In this document: one piece after another, positions 8,667 to 17,262 of the stretch
Layout of the letters: every line of letters begins with the position of its first letter
Position numbering within the stretch: position 1 is the first letter of the stretch
NCBI GenBank assembly: GCA_035995405.1
Contig: DASYKL010000384.1
Span: forward strand, 1-27,994
Origin: Chloroflexota bacterium
Lineage (GTDB): Bacteria > Chloroflexota > UBA6077 > CF-72
Length of the DNA: 27,994 bases
Direction: 5' to 3'
Notes under the pieces: model-generated
The model's database searches: none
What the model was told of the DNA's origin: nothing
Seen by the model: the letters and a program-made list of their open reading frames with translations, nothing else
Program-made: the position numbers and the translations under genes

Positions 8667-8762
8667 CAGGTAGTTCCCCCCGTTGGATAGGTCCAATCTA
8701 GTTCCGGGGCGGCTAACCCGATATGCGACAGTTCACACCGTCTGTGTGAAGCCGCTCACTCT

Positions 8763-9425
8763 TCAGGGCAGCGCGGCGATGAGCGTGCTCAGCGGCTGTC
8801 CGTCGAAGGGCCGGGTGGCGGGACTGCCAGAGCCGATGACGTGCAGGCGGTCCTGGGCATCGAGCGCAAGACGGCCTTGTATGTCGCCGACGGCGGCGTA
8901 CGAGCCGTCGCCGCTACCGCTGGGTTGGAGGAAGAGGACGTAGCGCTCGGCCTGGACAAGTGGCGCATCGTCAGGACTGGGGATGGCATTTCTGATCGGA
9001 TTACCGATCTGGGTGACCGTCAGTTGCGCGGGCGGGGTACCCCGTAGCGTGCGCTCGACATCGACCTGGTAGGTGGTGATCGGAACCGTGATGCCGGACG
9101 GACTTTGCGGGCTGGTCGGCCGGGATTGGCCAATTGGCGTTTGGACTGACTGCGGCGCCTGCGTGGAGACTGCCGCGCTGGCGACACGGCCAACGACGAC
9201 CAGGCTGGACAGGTATGTCAGCGTGGCAATGTCAGGGATGGCCATGGCGGCCGATGCGGCCGGCCCGGGCTCACTCACTGGCGGCCGAGCGCTTGTCGGC
9301 TGACACGCGGCGAGGCCGAACGCCAGCAGCGCAGCGACGAAAGCGGCACGAGCGACGGCGCGGCGGGCATCAGGTGTGGTCTCGGAGACCCTGTGGCTTG
9401 AGATGATACCGGGCGAATGTAGCAC
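8763..9425 (-). CDS. Putative lipoprotein, paralog of 7199-7963, TIMP/NTR-like OB-fold pattern
   Basis: Lipobox-like FGLAA|C. Pattern SSLVVVGRVAS...TTYQVDVERTLRG...LTVTQIG...ERYVLFLQ...GRLALD aligns by eye with 7199-7963. Start uncertain. Confidence 0.78.
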   Translation of the reverse strand: MLHSPGIISSHRVSETTPDARRAVARAAFVAALLAFGLAACQPTSARPPVSEPGPAASAAMAIPDIATLTYLSSLVVVGRVASAAVSTQAPQSVQTPIGQSRPTSPQSPSGITVPITTYQVDVERTLRGTPPAQLTVTQIGNPIRNAIPSPDDAPLVQAERYVLFLQPSGSGDGSYAAVGDIQGRLALDAQDRLHVIGSGSPATRPFDGQPLSTLIAALP

Positions 9426-9472
9426 GACGCCGTGTCGGTCCTATACTGGAGCAACCCGCGGCAAGGTCGCTG

Positions 9473-10702
9473 GTGATGATCGCCGAACCCACGCCTACGT
9501 CGCAGCACGTCGCGGAGATCGAGCGGCTCCATGCCATCTCGGTCGAGATTGCGGGCCTGCAGGAGTTGTCGCGGGTCATGGACCGCGCGCTTGACTACTG
9601 CCTGGAGCTGACTGCCTCGGAGTTCGGCTTCGTCGGCCTGATGCAGGGCTTGGATCAGATGGACGTCGCCGCCATCAAGGGCTTCGTGCCTGACGATGCG
9701 TCGTTCTACGAGCGCTTCCGGACCATTCCCGTGCGGCCCAACGTCTTCGGCATCGTGGTACTGACCGGCCAGGCCCATCTGTCCAACGACGTTGCCAAGG
9801 ACGCGCTGCATGTCGGCACACCCCGCGGGCATCCGCCGGTGCGGACGTTTCTGGGCGCTCCGCTGGTGTTCGGTGGCGAAGTGCTGGGCATGCTCGGCGT
9901 CGCCAATCGGGAAGGGGGCTACGACCGTCAGCAGGAACGTTTGCTGTCCGTATTCGCCAATCAGGTTGCCGTCGCCATCCGCAACGCGCGGTTGTACGAG
10001 GAACAACGCAACATGATCGCCCGTTTGCAGCAGCTCCGCGGACAGGTAGAGGCGGCGGAACGGGATCGCTTGCTGGACGAGGAGCGGCGTCGGATCGCCC
10101 GCGAGCTGCACGATCGGGTTGCGCAAACGTTCTTCAGCATCGGCCTGGCGGCGCAGACGGCGATCGACGAGGCTCGCGCGAATCAAGCTGATGTTGGGCC
10201 GGGACACGCCACGTTGGAGGGAATTCGCGGCCTGTCTGCGCTCGGCACCGAGCAGATGCGCGAGGCGATTTTTTCCCTGGCCCACGCTGACGTCCAGGAT
10301 CGCGCCCTGGCGCGCATGCTGTGGCAGGTTGTCCGCGACTTCCGCGAGCGAACGGCCCTCGATGCCGACCTGGTCGTCGTTGGTCAAGAGCGGCGGCTGC
10401 CGCGGGAGGCGGCTGAAGCGCTGCTCGCCGTGGCCCGCGAAGGACTGGCCAACGTCGAACAGCACGCCCATGCCAGGAACGTGGTCGTCAGCCTGCGGAC
10501 GACCGCGACGGGTGTGACGCTCGCGGTGCACGACGACGGCGTGGGGGCGCCGGCGCTGGTATTGCGCTCGATCGGCTCGAGCGTCACGCATTTCGGGTTG
10601 CGCGGGCTCCAGGAGCGTGTCAAGCGCCTCCGTGGCTCATTCACCGTGCGTCGCGGCGAGGATGGTGGCCTGCTGATGCGGGTACGCCTGCCCACGACAT
10701 GA
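9473..10702 (+). CDS. Cytoplasmic GAF-domain sensor histidine kinase (HisKA_3, DosS/DosT-like GAF)
   Basis: No TM segment. GAF segment GTPRGHPPVRTFLGAPL. H-box ERRRIARELHD, N-box EGLANVEQHA, G-boxes DDGVG and HFGLRGLQER. Confidence 0.92.
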   Translation: MMIAEPTPTSQHVAEIERLHAISVEIAGLQELSRVMDRALDYCLELTASEFGFVGLMQGLDQMDVAAIKGFVPDDASFYERFRTIPVRPNVFGIVVLTGQAHLSNDVAKDALHVGTPRGHPPVRTFLGAPLVFGGEVLGMLGVANREGGYDRQQERLLSVFANQVAVAIRNARLYEEQRNMIARLQQLRGQVEAAERDRLLDEERRRIARELHDRVAQTFFSIGLAAQTAIDEARANQADVGPGHATLEGIRGLSALGTEQMREAIFSLAHADVQDRALARMLWQVVRDFRERTALDADLVVVGQERRLPREAAEALLAVAREGLANVEQHAHARNVVVSLRTTATGVTLAVHDDGVGAPALVLRSIGSSVTHFGLRGLQERVKRLRGSFTVRRGEDGGLLMRVRLPTT

Positions 10703-11331
10703 TCCGGCTGCTGTTGGTAGACGATCACGAGCTGGTTCGCGCCGGTTTGCGGGCCATGCTCGCCGGTGACCCGGCAGTCAACGTTGTGGGTGAGGCAGCC
10801 ACCGGCGCGGCCGCATTGCTCATGGCGCGTGGCGTCCGGCCGGACGTCGTGTTGCTCGACGCGCGGCTGCCGGATATGCCGGGCGATGAAGTATGTCGGC
10901 GTTTGTTGCTGGCGTCACCGCATGTGGCCGTCGTGATGTTGACCACATTCGCCGAAGATGACCTGGTGCGGCGCTGCGTACGCGCAGGCGCACGGGGCTA
11001 TCTGCTGAAAGACATCGCCCACCTGGACCTCGGTCGCAGTCTGGCGGCTGTCATGCGTGGCGAAGCGGTGATCGACTCGAAAGTCGCGCCGGCGGTGCTG
11101 GCGGCGGCTCGTCAAGGGAGCGAGCCGCTCGACGCAAGCAAAGGTTTGAATGCACGGCAGCGGGATGTGCTGCGCCTCGTTGCCGAAGGCCTGTCGAATC
11201 GGGAGATCGCCGAGCGCACCCACCTCAGCGAGCACACGGTCAAGGGCTACGTCGAAGAGATCCTGGAACGCCTCGGGGCGCGCAACCGGGTCCACGCGGC
11301 GATCGTCGCAACCAAACAAGGCTTGATTTAG
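10699..11331 (+). CDS. NarL/DosR-family response regulator (REC + LuxR HTH)
   Basis: Motifs LLVDDHELVRAGL, phospho-Asp in VLLDARLPD, GYLLKD, and HTH GLSNREIAERTHLSEHTVK. ATGA overlap with the kinase. Confidence 0.95.
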   Translation: MIRLLLVDDHELVRAGLRAMLAGDPAVNVVGEAATGAAALLMARGVRPDVVLLDARLPDMPGDEVCRRLLLASPHVAVVMLTTFAEDDLVRRCVRAGARGYLLKDIAHLDLGRSLAAVMRGEAVIDSKVAPAVLAAARQGSEPLDASKGLNARQRDVLRLVAEGLSNREIAERTHLSEHTVKGYVEEILERLGARNRVHAAIVATKQGLI

Positions 11332-11355
11332 TACCCCGCCAGATCGCGTCGATTT

Positions 11356-11373
11356 ACCCGCCGATCGGCGGGT
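11356..11373. promoter_or_regulatory. Perfect 18-bp palindrome upstream of coxM, candidate regulator binding site
   Basis: ACCCGCCGATCGGCGGGT is its own reverse complement. A degenerate half-copy (ACCCCGCCAGATCG) begins at 11334. A TAGCGT -10-like hexamer lies downstream near 11396-11401. Confidence 0.5.
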
Positions 11374-11446
11374 TGGGCATTTGTCTGCGGGGCAGTAGCG
11401 TTGGCTGGGATGGGCGTTGCTACGCCCCGCGGAGGTGTCGAGTTCG

Positions 11447-12328
11447 ATGATTCCAGCTGCGTTCAAGTACGCCACGCCCACGACCGTCGGCGAGGCGATC
11501 GATCTGCTCCGAGCGAACCAGGACGCCAAAATCCTGGCTGGTGGCCACAGTTTGCTGCCGTTGATGAAGCTGCGGCTCGCCTCGCCGCCCGTGCTGGTTG
11601 ACATCAATCGCATCGCCGGTCTCGATTACATTCGTCAGGACGAGCAGCTCGGACGACTGCGCATCGGTGCGCTGGCTCGGCATATCGATTTCGAGCGCTC
11701 AGCGCTGATTCGCGATCGCTACCCGTTGTTGTGGGACACGGCCCGGGGCATCGGCGACCCACTGGTCCGCAATCGAGGCACGATGGCTGGCGCCGTGGCG
11801 CACGCCGACCCAGCTGCTGATTGGCCAGCCGCGTTGCTGGCGCTGAATGCCGAGGTGGTGGCGACGGGTCCGAATGGCGAGCGCGTCGTGCCGTTGACCC
11901 AGCTGTACGTTTCGATTCTGACCACGTCGCTCACCGCGGACGAGCTGCTCACCGAAGTGCGTGTGCCGCTGCCACGGCCGCGCAGTGGCGGGGCTTACGA
12001 GAAGCTCGAGCGCAAAGTTGGCGATTACGCGGTCATTGGCGTCGGTGCGCAGCTGGTGCTGAATGGTGATGACAGCGTCCTCGAGGCTGGCGTCGGTTTG
12101 TGCAACGCCGCGTCCACATCGGTCAAAGCGCGGGATGCGGAAGTGTTTCTCGTCGGCAAGCCACTCGCACCCGACAACATCAATGAGGCGGCGCGTTTGG
12201 CGATGGAAGCGTCTGATCCAGTGGATGACGACAGAGGCCCAAGCGACTACAAGCGCGCGATGGTGCGCGAGTTGACACGACGCGCGCTTCGCCGCGCTGC
12301 TGGCCGCGCGAGAGGAGGCCAGGCGTGA
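11447..12328 (+). CDS. coxM: Aerobic CO dehydrogenase medium (FAD) subunit
   Basis: Motifs [34 protein letters not shown] and DPAADWP. GGAGG upstream. First gene of an M-S-L cluster. Confidence 0.92.
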   Translation: MIPAAFKYATPTTVGEAIDLLRANQDAKILAGGHSLLPLMKLRLASPPVLVDINRIAGLDYIRQDEQLGRLRIGALARHIDFERSALIRDRYPLLWDTARGIGDPLVRNRGTMAGAVAHADPAADWPAALLALNAEVVATGPNGERVVPLTQLYVSILTTSLTADELLTEVRVPLPRPRSGGAYEKLERKVGDYAVIGVGAQLVLNGDDSVLEAGVGLCNAASTSVKARDAEVFLVGKPLAPDNINEAARLAMEASDPVDDDRGPSDYKRAMVRELTRRALRRAAGRARGGQA

Positions 12329-12855
12329 GCACGGAGATTGTCGACACGTTGGCGATCACCGTCACCGTCAACGGCGAGAGCCATTCGGCTGAGGTGGAGC
12401 CGCGGCTCCTGCTGGTCCACTTCCTCCGCGAAGACCTGAACCTCACGGGAACGCACATCGGCTGCGACACGTCAAATTGTGGTGCCTGCACCGTTTTGTT
12501 GGATGGTGTGTCAGTCAAGTCGTGCACGTTGCTCGCGGTTCAGGCGAACGGCAGCAGCATCGAGACGGTTGAAGGTCTGGAGCAGAACAATCAATTGCAC
12601 GCCATCCAGGAAGGCTTCTTCGAGGAACACGGACTGCAGTGTGGCTTCTGCACACCGGGCATGATGATGACGGCCAAGAGCTTGCTGGCACACAATGCCA
12701 ATCCCACGGAGGCTGAAATCCGGCGTGGAATCTCCGGCAACCTGTGCCGTTGCACGGGCTACGTGAACATCGTCAAAGCGATTCAGTACGGCGCGGCGAA
12801 ACTGCGTGGTGAAACGCCCGCCAGCACCCAGGAGGCACATCCGACCCATGCCTGA
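12325..12855 (+). CDS. coxS: Aerobic CO dehydrogenase small (2x[2Fe-2S]) subunit
   Basis: Motifs [20 protein letters not shown] and GNLCRCTGY. Confidence 0.94.
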   Translation: MSTEIVDTLAITVTVNGESHSAEVEPRLLLVHFLREDLNLTGTHIGCDTSNCGACTVLLDGVSVKSCTLLAVQANGSSIETVEGLEQNNQLHAIQEGFFEEHGLQCGFCTPGMMMTAKSLLAHNANPTEAEIRRGISGNLCRCTGYVNIVKAIQYGAAKLRGETPASTQEAHPTHA

Positions 12856-15196
12856 GGCGACAGAAATCCGTGGCATGGGCCACTCGGTCCGGCGCAAGGA
12901 AGACCCGCGGTTTTTGCGTGGGCAAGGCAATTACATCGACGATCTGAAGCTGCCAGGCATGCTCTACATGGACATTGTCCGCAGTCCATATGCTCACGCC
13001 AGGCTGGTGAGTATCGATCCGTCCGAGGCGCTCAAGATCACGGGCGTGGTAGCGGTTGTCACCGGCAAAGATCTGGAAGCCGCCGGTCTGGCCTGGATGC
13101 CGACACTGATGAGCGATACACAAATGGTGCTGCCGACCGACCACGTCGTGTACCAGGCGCAAGAGGTAGCGGTCGTCGTCGCGGCGACACGTTACGCCGC
13201 GGCGGATGGCGCCGCCGCTGTGCAAGTCGAGTACGAGCCGCTCGAGGCGGTGGTCGATCCACGGAAAGCGCTCGAGCCCAATTCACCATTGGTCCGGCCA
13301 GACAAAGAAAAGCAATCGAATCACATCTGGCACTGGGAAGTCGGCGATCGCGAAGCAACTCAGGGTGCCTTCGACCGGTCCGACGTGACGGTGTCAGAGG
13401 ACATCTATATTCCACGTATCCACGTCGCGTCGATCGAGACGTGCGGCTGCGTGGCCAAATTCGATCGCGTCAGCGGTAAGTTGACGGTGTGGATGACCAC
13501 TCAGGCGCCGCACGCCATTCGGACGGTGTTCTCACTTGTCTCGAAAATCCCGGAGCACAAGATCCGGGTTATCTCACCCGATATTGGTGGCGGATTTGGC
13601 GGCAAAGTGCCGGTCTACCCGGGCTATGTGTGCGCCGTCGTCGCGGCGTTGACCACCGGCAAGCCGGTCAAGTGGATCGAGGACCGAAGCGAAAATCTGC
13701 AGGCCGACTCCTTTGCGCGCGACTATCACATTCACGCTGAGTTGGCCTCCGATAAAGACGGCAAGATGCAGGCCTTGCGCATCAAAACCATCGCCGATCA
13801 CGGCGCGGCGGATGCGGCGGCGAATCCATCGAAATTCCCGGCTGGTTTGTTTTCAATCGTCACCGGTTCCTATGACATGCCGCACGCGTACGTCGAAGTG
13901 GACGGCGTCTATACCAATAAGCCGCCGGGCGGAGTGGCGTACCGCTGCTCATTCCGAGTGACCGAAGCAGTCCACACCATCGAGCGGATGGTGGATTCGC
14001 TGGCGCTGAAGCTGAAGATGGATCCGGCCGAGCTGCGCATGAAGAATTTCATCCAACCCGAGCAATTCCCATACAAGTCGGTGCTCGGTTGGGAGTACGA
14101 TTCGGGAAACTATCCGGCGGCATTGCAGAAGGCGCTGGCGATGATCGGCTACGACGAGCTGCGCCGCGAGCAGGCCGAAAAGCGATCTCGTGGTGAGTTG
14201 ATGGGCATCGGCCTCTCGACATTCACCGAGATTGTCGGCGCCGGGCCGTCGAATACGTTCGACATTCTTGGCATCAAGATGTTCGACAGCGCCGAGATCC
14301 GCGTTCATCCCACCGGCTCAGCCATCGTCCGCATAGGCGTGCAGACGCAAGGTCAGGGACACGAAACGACGTTCGCACAGATCGTCGCCGAGGAACTCGG
14401 ATTGACGGTGGAGAATATCGAAGTCGAGCACGGCGACACCGACACGGCGCCCTACGGTCTGGGTACGTATGCCAGTCGTTCGACGCCGACGGCTGGAGCC
14501 GCGACGGCGATGGCGGCGCGCAAGATTCGCGAAAAGGCCAAACATCTGGCCGCCCACCTGCTGGAGTGCAGCGTCGACGACCTGGAGTGGAAGGATTACA
14601 AGTTCCAGGTCAAGGGCGCGCCAGAGCGCGCGAAATCGATGACGGAGCTCGCGTTTGCCGCGTACACCAATCATCCGCAAGGCATGGAAGCGGGCCTGGA
14701 GGCAGTCTCGTATTACGACCCGCCGAATCTGACGTTCCCGTTTGGTGCATACGTCGCCGTGGTGGACATCGATCGCGGGACGGGTGAAGTCAAGGTTCGC
14801 CGCTTTGTGGCGATCGACGATTGCGGCACCGTTATCAATCCGATGGTGGTCGAGGGCCAGATTCATGGTGGCTTGACCATGGGGTTGGCGCCAGCGTTGT
14901 ACGAGCAGATCTGGTACGACGAGGGCGGCAACATGCACGGCGGGACGCTGATGGACTACCTGGTGCCGACGGCGATGGAAACGCCCAAGTGGGAGACGGC
15001 TCGGACGGTGACGCCGAGCCCGCATCATCCATTCGGGGCGAAGGGAGTCGGCGAATCGGCGACGGTTGGAGCGCCGCCAGCGATTGCCAACGCCGTGGTC
15101 GACGCGTTGTCACATCTCGGAGTGACGCACGTCGAAATTCCGATCACGCCGCCACGGCTGTGGCGGCTCCTTCAGGAGAAGGGCGTCGGGGTGTGA
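12848..15196 (+). CDS. coxL: Form I aerobic (Mo-Cu) CO dehydrogenase large subunit
   Basis: Form I active-site loop VAYRCSFR, plus [17 protein letters not shown] and GAKGVGES. The M-S-L gene order is typical of form I. Start ATG 12848 after a GGAGG RBS. Confidence 0.96.
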   Translation: MPEATEIRGMGHSVRRKEDPRFLRGQGNYIDDLKLPGMLYMDIVRSPYAHARLVSIDPSEALKITGVVAVVTGKDLEAAGLAWMPTLMSDTQMVLPTDHVVYQAQEVAVVVAATRYAAADGAAAVQVEYEPLEAVVDPRKALEPNSPLVRPDKEKQSNHIWHWEVGDREATQGAFDRSDVTVSEDIYIPRIHVASIETCGCVAKFDRVSGKLTVWMTTQAPHAIRTVFSLVSKIPEHKIRVISPDIGGGFGGKVPVYPGYVCAVVAALTTGKPVKWIEDRSENLQADSFARDYHIHAELASDKDGKMQALRIKTIADHGAADAAANPSKFPAGLFSIVTGSYDMPHAYVEVDGVYTNKPPGGVAYRCSFRVTEAVHTIERMVDSLALKLKMDPAELRMKNFIQPEQFPYKSVLGWEYDSGNYPAALQKALAMIGYDELRREQAEKRSRGELMGIGLSTFTEIVGAGPSNTFDILGIKMFDSAEIRVHPTGSAIVRIGVQTQGQGHETTFAQIVAEELGLTVENIEVEHGDTDTAPYGLGTYASRSTPTAGAATAMAARKIREKAKHLAAHLLECSVDDLEWKDYKFQVKGAPERAKSMTELAFAAYTNHPQGMEAGLEAVSYYDPPNLTFPFGAYVAVVDIDRGTGEVKVRRFVAIDDCGTVINPMVVEGQIHGGLTMGLAPALYEQIWYDEGGNMHGGTLMDYLVPTAMETPKWETARTVTPSPHHPFGAKGVGESATVGAPPAIANAVVDALSHLGVTHVEIPITPPRLWRLLQEKGVGV

Positions 15197-16092
15197 ATGG
15201 TCTGACGCCGGGCGACATCCTGGAGCAGGCGGCCGAGCTGCGGCGGGGAGGTCAGCCATTTGTGCTGGCCACCGTGGTCCGCAGTTTGAAGCCTGCTTCG
15301 GCTCGGCCAGGCGATCGGGCCTTGTTGCTGGCGGACCGCCGGACAGTTGGCTGGGTGGGTGGTGGTTGCGTGCATGCGGCCATTGAGCGCGAGGCTATGC
15401 AGGCCCTGGCTGATGGTGAGCCAAAGCTCGTCCGTCTCAGTCCTGCCCCGCATGAGGAAGACGGTATCGTCAGCTATCCGATGACCTGTCATAGTGGCGG
15501 TACTTTGGAGATTTACCTGGAACCAGTGCTACCGGCGCCGCAACTGGTGGTGCTGGGCGAGTCGCCCGTCGCTGAGGCGTTGGCGGCGTTAGCGGCGCCG
15601 CTCGGGTTCAACGTAGTCGGCGCATTGGACGCTGTGAACACGACGGATGCGTGGGTTGTGGCGGCAGGGATGAGCAGTGCGGAGGACCATCCGGCTGCCC
15701 GGGCGGCGCTCGAGCGCGGGCTGCCGTATGTGGCCATGGTGGCGTCGAGACGACGCACCGAGGCCTTTGTGGCTGAGCTGCGAGAGGACGGTGTGAGCGA
15801 GGAGGTGATCGGGCGGCTGAAGTCTCCCGCGGGGTTGGATATCGGTGCCGCGACAGGGCCCGAGATTGCGCTGAGCATCCTGGCGGAGATTGTCCAACGG
15901 CGCCGCTCACAACCTCGGGTGAGCGAGCCCATACCGGTCAGAGCGACGGCGATTGACCCCGTGTGTGGGATGCAGGTCGAGATCGAAATGGCCAGATGGA
16001 CCGCCGAGCAGGGCGGCCAGACGTACCACTTCTGCGCTCCCGGCTGTCGCAAAGCCTTCCTCGCCGCGAGCGCGCTGCCGACTGGCAGCTAG
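15193..16092 (+). CDS. XdhC/CoxF-family maturation factor with C-terminal YHS (TRASH) domain
   Basis: XdhC motifs LATVV, GWVGGGC, CHSGGTLEIYLEP and PAGLDIGAATGPEIALSILAEI. YHS motif DPVCGMQV...YHFCAPGCRKAF. GTGA overlap with the coxL stop. The ORF-track extension to 14821 is spurious. Confidence 0.9.
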   Translation: MNGLTPGDILEQAAELRRGGQPFVLATVVRSLKPASARPGDRALLLADRRTVGWVGGGCVHAAIEREAMQALADGEPKLVRLSPAPHEEDGIVSYPMTCHSGGTLEIYLEPVLPAPQLVVLGESPVAEALAALAAPLGFNVVGALDAVNTTDAWVVAAGMSSAEDHPAARAALERGLPYVAMVASRRRTEAFVAELREDGVSEEVIGRLKSPAGLDIGAATGPEIALSILAEIVQRRRSQPRVSEPIPVRATAIDPVCGMQVEIEMARWTAEQGGQTYHFCAPGCRKAFLAASALPTGS

Positions 16093-16096
16093 CTAG

Positions 16097-16771
16097 CTAG
16101 TTGGTCGGACGGGGCGTTGGCTGGGCGCCGGCGGCCTGGTCGGGGTGGTCGTCGGCTACGACGATCCAGCCCCGCGTAGCGTCTTTGAACAGGAGGTAGA
16201 CGTTGCGATCTCGGGCCTGTTCGGTCGTACCGTCGTCGAAGGTCGTGCTCCACGTTTCGTACACCGTCGCGATGGCCGAGTCGCCGCTGACGCTGATGTC
16301 GCCCCACTCCAGGTTCAGCAGCTGGACCTCGGTCACGCCGTTGGCTACCAGGTCCTGATTGGTCGCGACCTGGAGCTGATAGAACTCCGGCGTCGCGGTC
16401 GCCGCCATGACCTGCTCATCACCCGTGGCAATCGCTTGTGCTTGCGCGTTGTCCAACTGCTGGATGATGGTCTGAATGGCTTGTTGCGTCGCCGTATCGG
16501 CCGGCGTGGCGCCAGCCAGCGACGGGGCAGGCGCCGCGGCCCCAGCAGGTGCGCTAGACGGTGCCCGTGTCGCAACAGCGGCCGCCGGCCGTGGCGCAGT
16601 GCCTGTCGGCAAGCGCGTCACGGCAAACGCGATGATGGCAATCAGCCCGGCCAGCAGGCCAAGGGTCAGCACCAGGCTGCCGCCAAAACGACGCCCAGGG
16701 CCCCGCTTTCGGGGCGCGTTGTCGCCCTCAAAATCGGAGGCGTTGCTCGGGAGCATGGATGGCGCCGTCAC
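16097..16771 (-). CDS. Membrane-anchored protein with Pro/Ala linker and NTF2-like C-terminal domain
   Basis: Single TM (LVLTLGLLAGLIAIIAFAV), PA-rich linker, then a helix + beta pattern ending SAIATVYETWSTT...NVYLLFKD...GWIV. Confidence 0.7.
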   Translation of the reverse strand: MTAPSMLPSNASDFEGDNAPRKRGPGRRFGGSLVLTLGLLAGLIAIIAFAVTRLPTGTAPRPAAAVATRAPSSAPAGAAAPAPSLAGATPADTATQQAIQTIIQQLDNAQAQAIATGDEQVMAATATPEFYQLQVATNQDLVANGVTEVQLLNLEWGDISVSGDSAIATVYETWSTTFDDGTTEQARDRNVYLLFKDATRGWIVVADDHPDQAAGAQPTPRPTN

Positions 16772-16787
16772 TGGCGCTCCGAACCGC

Positions 16788-17186
16788 TCAGGTGAGCGCG
16801 ACTTCCAGCGCCGCGGTTGCCCGCGAGACCTGGCCGACGAGATCGTCGTAATCGAATGGCTTCTGGATCACCCCGGCTGCCTGACGCGCATCGTGCTCGT
16901 TCATCAGCGACCCGTAAGCGCTGACGATGATGATCGGAATGCTCACGGTGTCGCCGTCATTCTTGAGCTCGTGCAAGACGTCCAGACCAGACTTGGTGGG
17001 GAGTGCCAGATCCAGGAGGACTGCGTCTGGCTTATAACGGCGCGCCTGCTGCAGACCTTCTTCACCGTTCTTGGCCTCGACGACGGCGAACCCTTCGCCA
17101 GCCAGGAGAGCTGTCGTAATCGTTCGCGTCCAGGGGTCGTCTTCAATGACCAGGATAGTTTTCTGGCCCGATGTTGCCACGGTCAT
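16788..17186 (-). CDS. Single-domain CheY-like response regulator
   Basis: Motifs ILVIEDD, PDAVLLDLALP, IIIVSA and IQKPFD. AGGAGG RBS. Confidence 0.92.
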   Translation of the reverse strand: MTVATSGQKTILVIEDDPWTRTITTALLAGEGFAVVEAKNGEEGLQQARRYKPDAVLLDLALPTKSGLDVLHELKNDGDTVSIPIIIVSAYGSLMNEHDARQAAGVIQKPFDYDDLVGQVSRATAALEVALT

Positions 17187-17262
17187 GACTGAGACCTCCT
17201 GAGTGCGCAGACTCCACCGAGGTGGTTACTGGCAGATGGAAAGGTAACATTCCGGTCTCAAG

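Noticed and set aside
8732..8750. Inverted repeat TTCACAC-N5-GTGTGAA between the lipoprotein and protease genes
   Set aside because: Could be an operator or an mRNA hairpin, but it is a single 7-bp repeat with no U-tract and no matching regulator, so it cannot be called.
9275..10591. 438-aa minus-strand ORF, and similar long antisense ORFs such as 5557-6429, 6971-7885, 25064-25843 and 26050-27105
   Set aside because: They lie opposite clearly identifiable genes and have no motifs of their own.
14821..15192. N-terminal extension of the XdhC ORF, and the analogous 20448-20735 extension of UbiD
   Set aside because: Out-of-frame overlap with the upstream gene. The real starts coincide with GTGA/ATGA stop-start overlaps.
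12848..15196. Form II CODH-like or xanthine dehydrogenase-family assignment
   Set aside because: The active-site loop is AYRCSFR, not AYRGAGR, and the gene order is M-S-L.
16086..16100. (CTAG)n repeat
   Set aside because: Just abutting TAG stop codons of convergent genes, and too short to mean anything.
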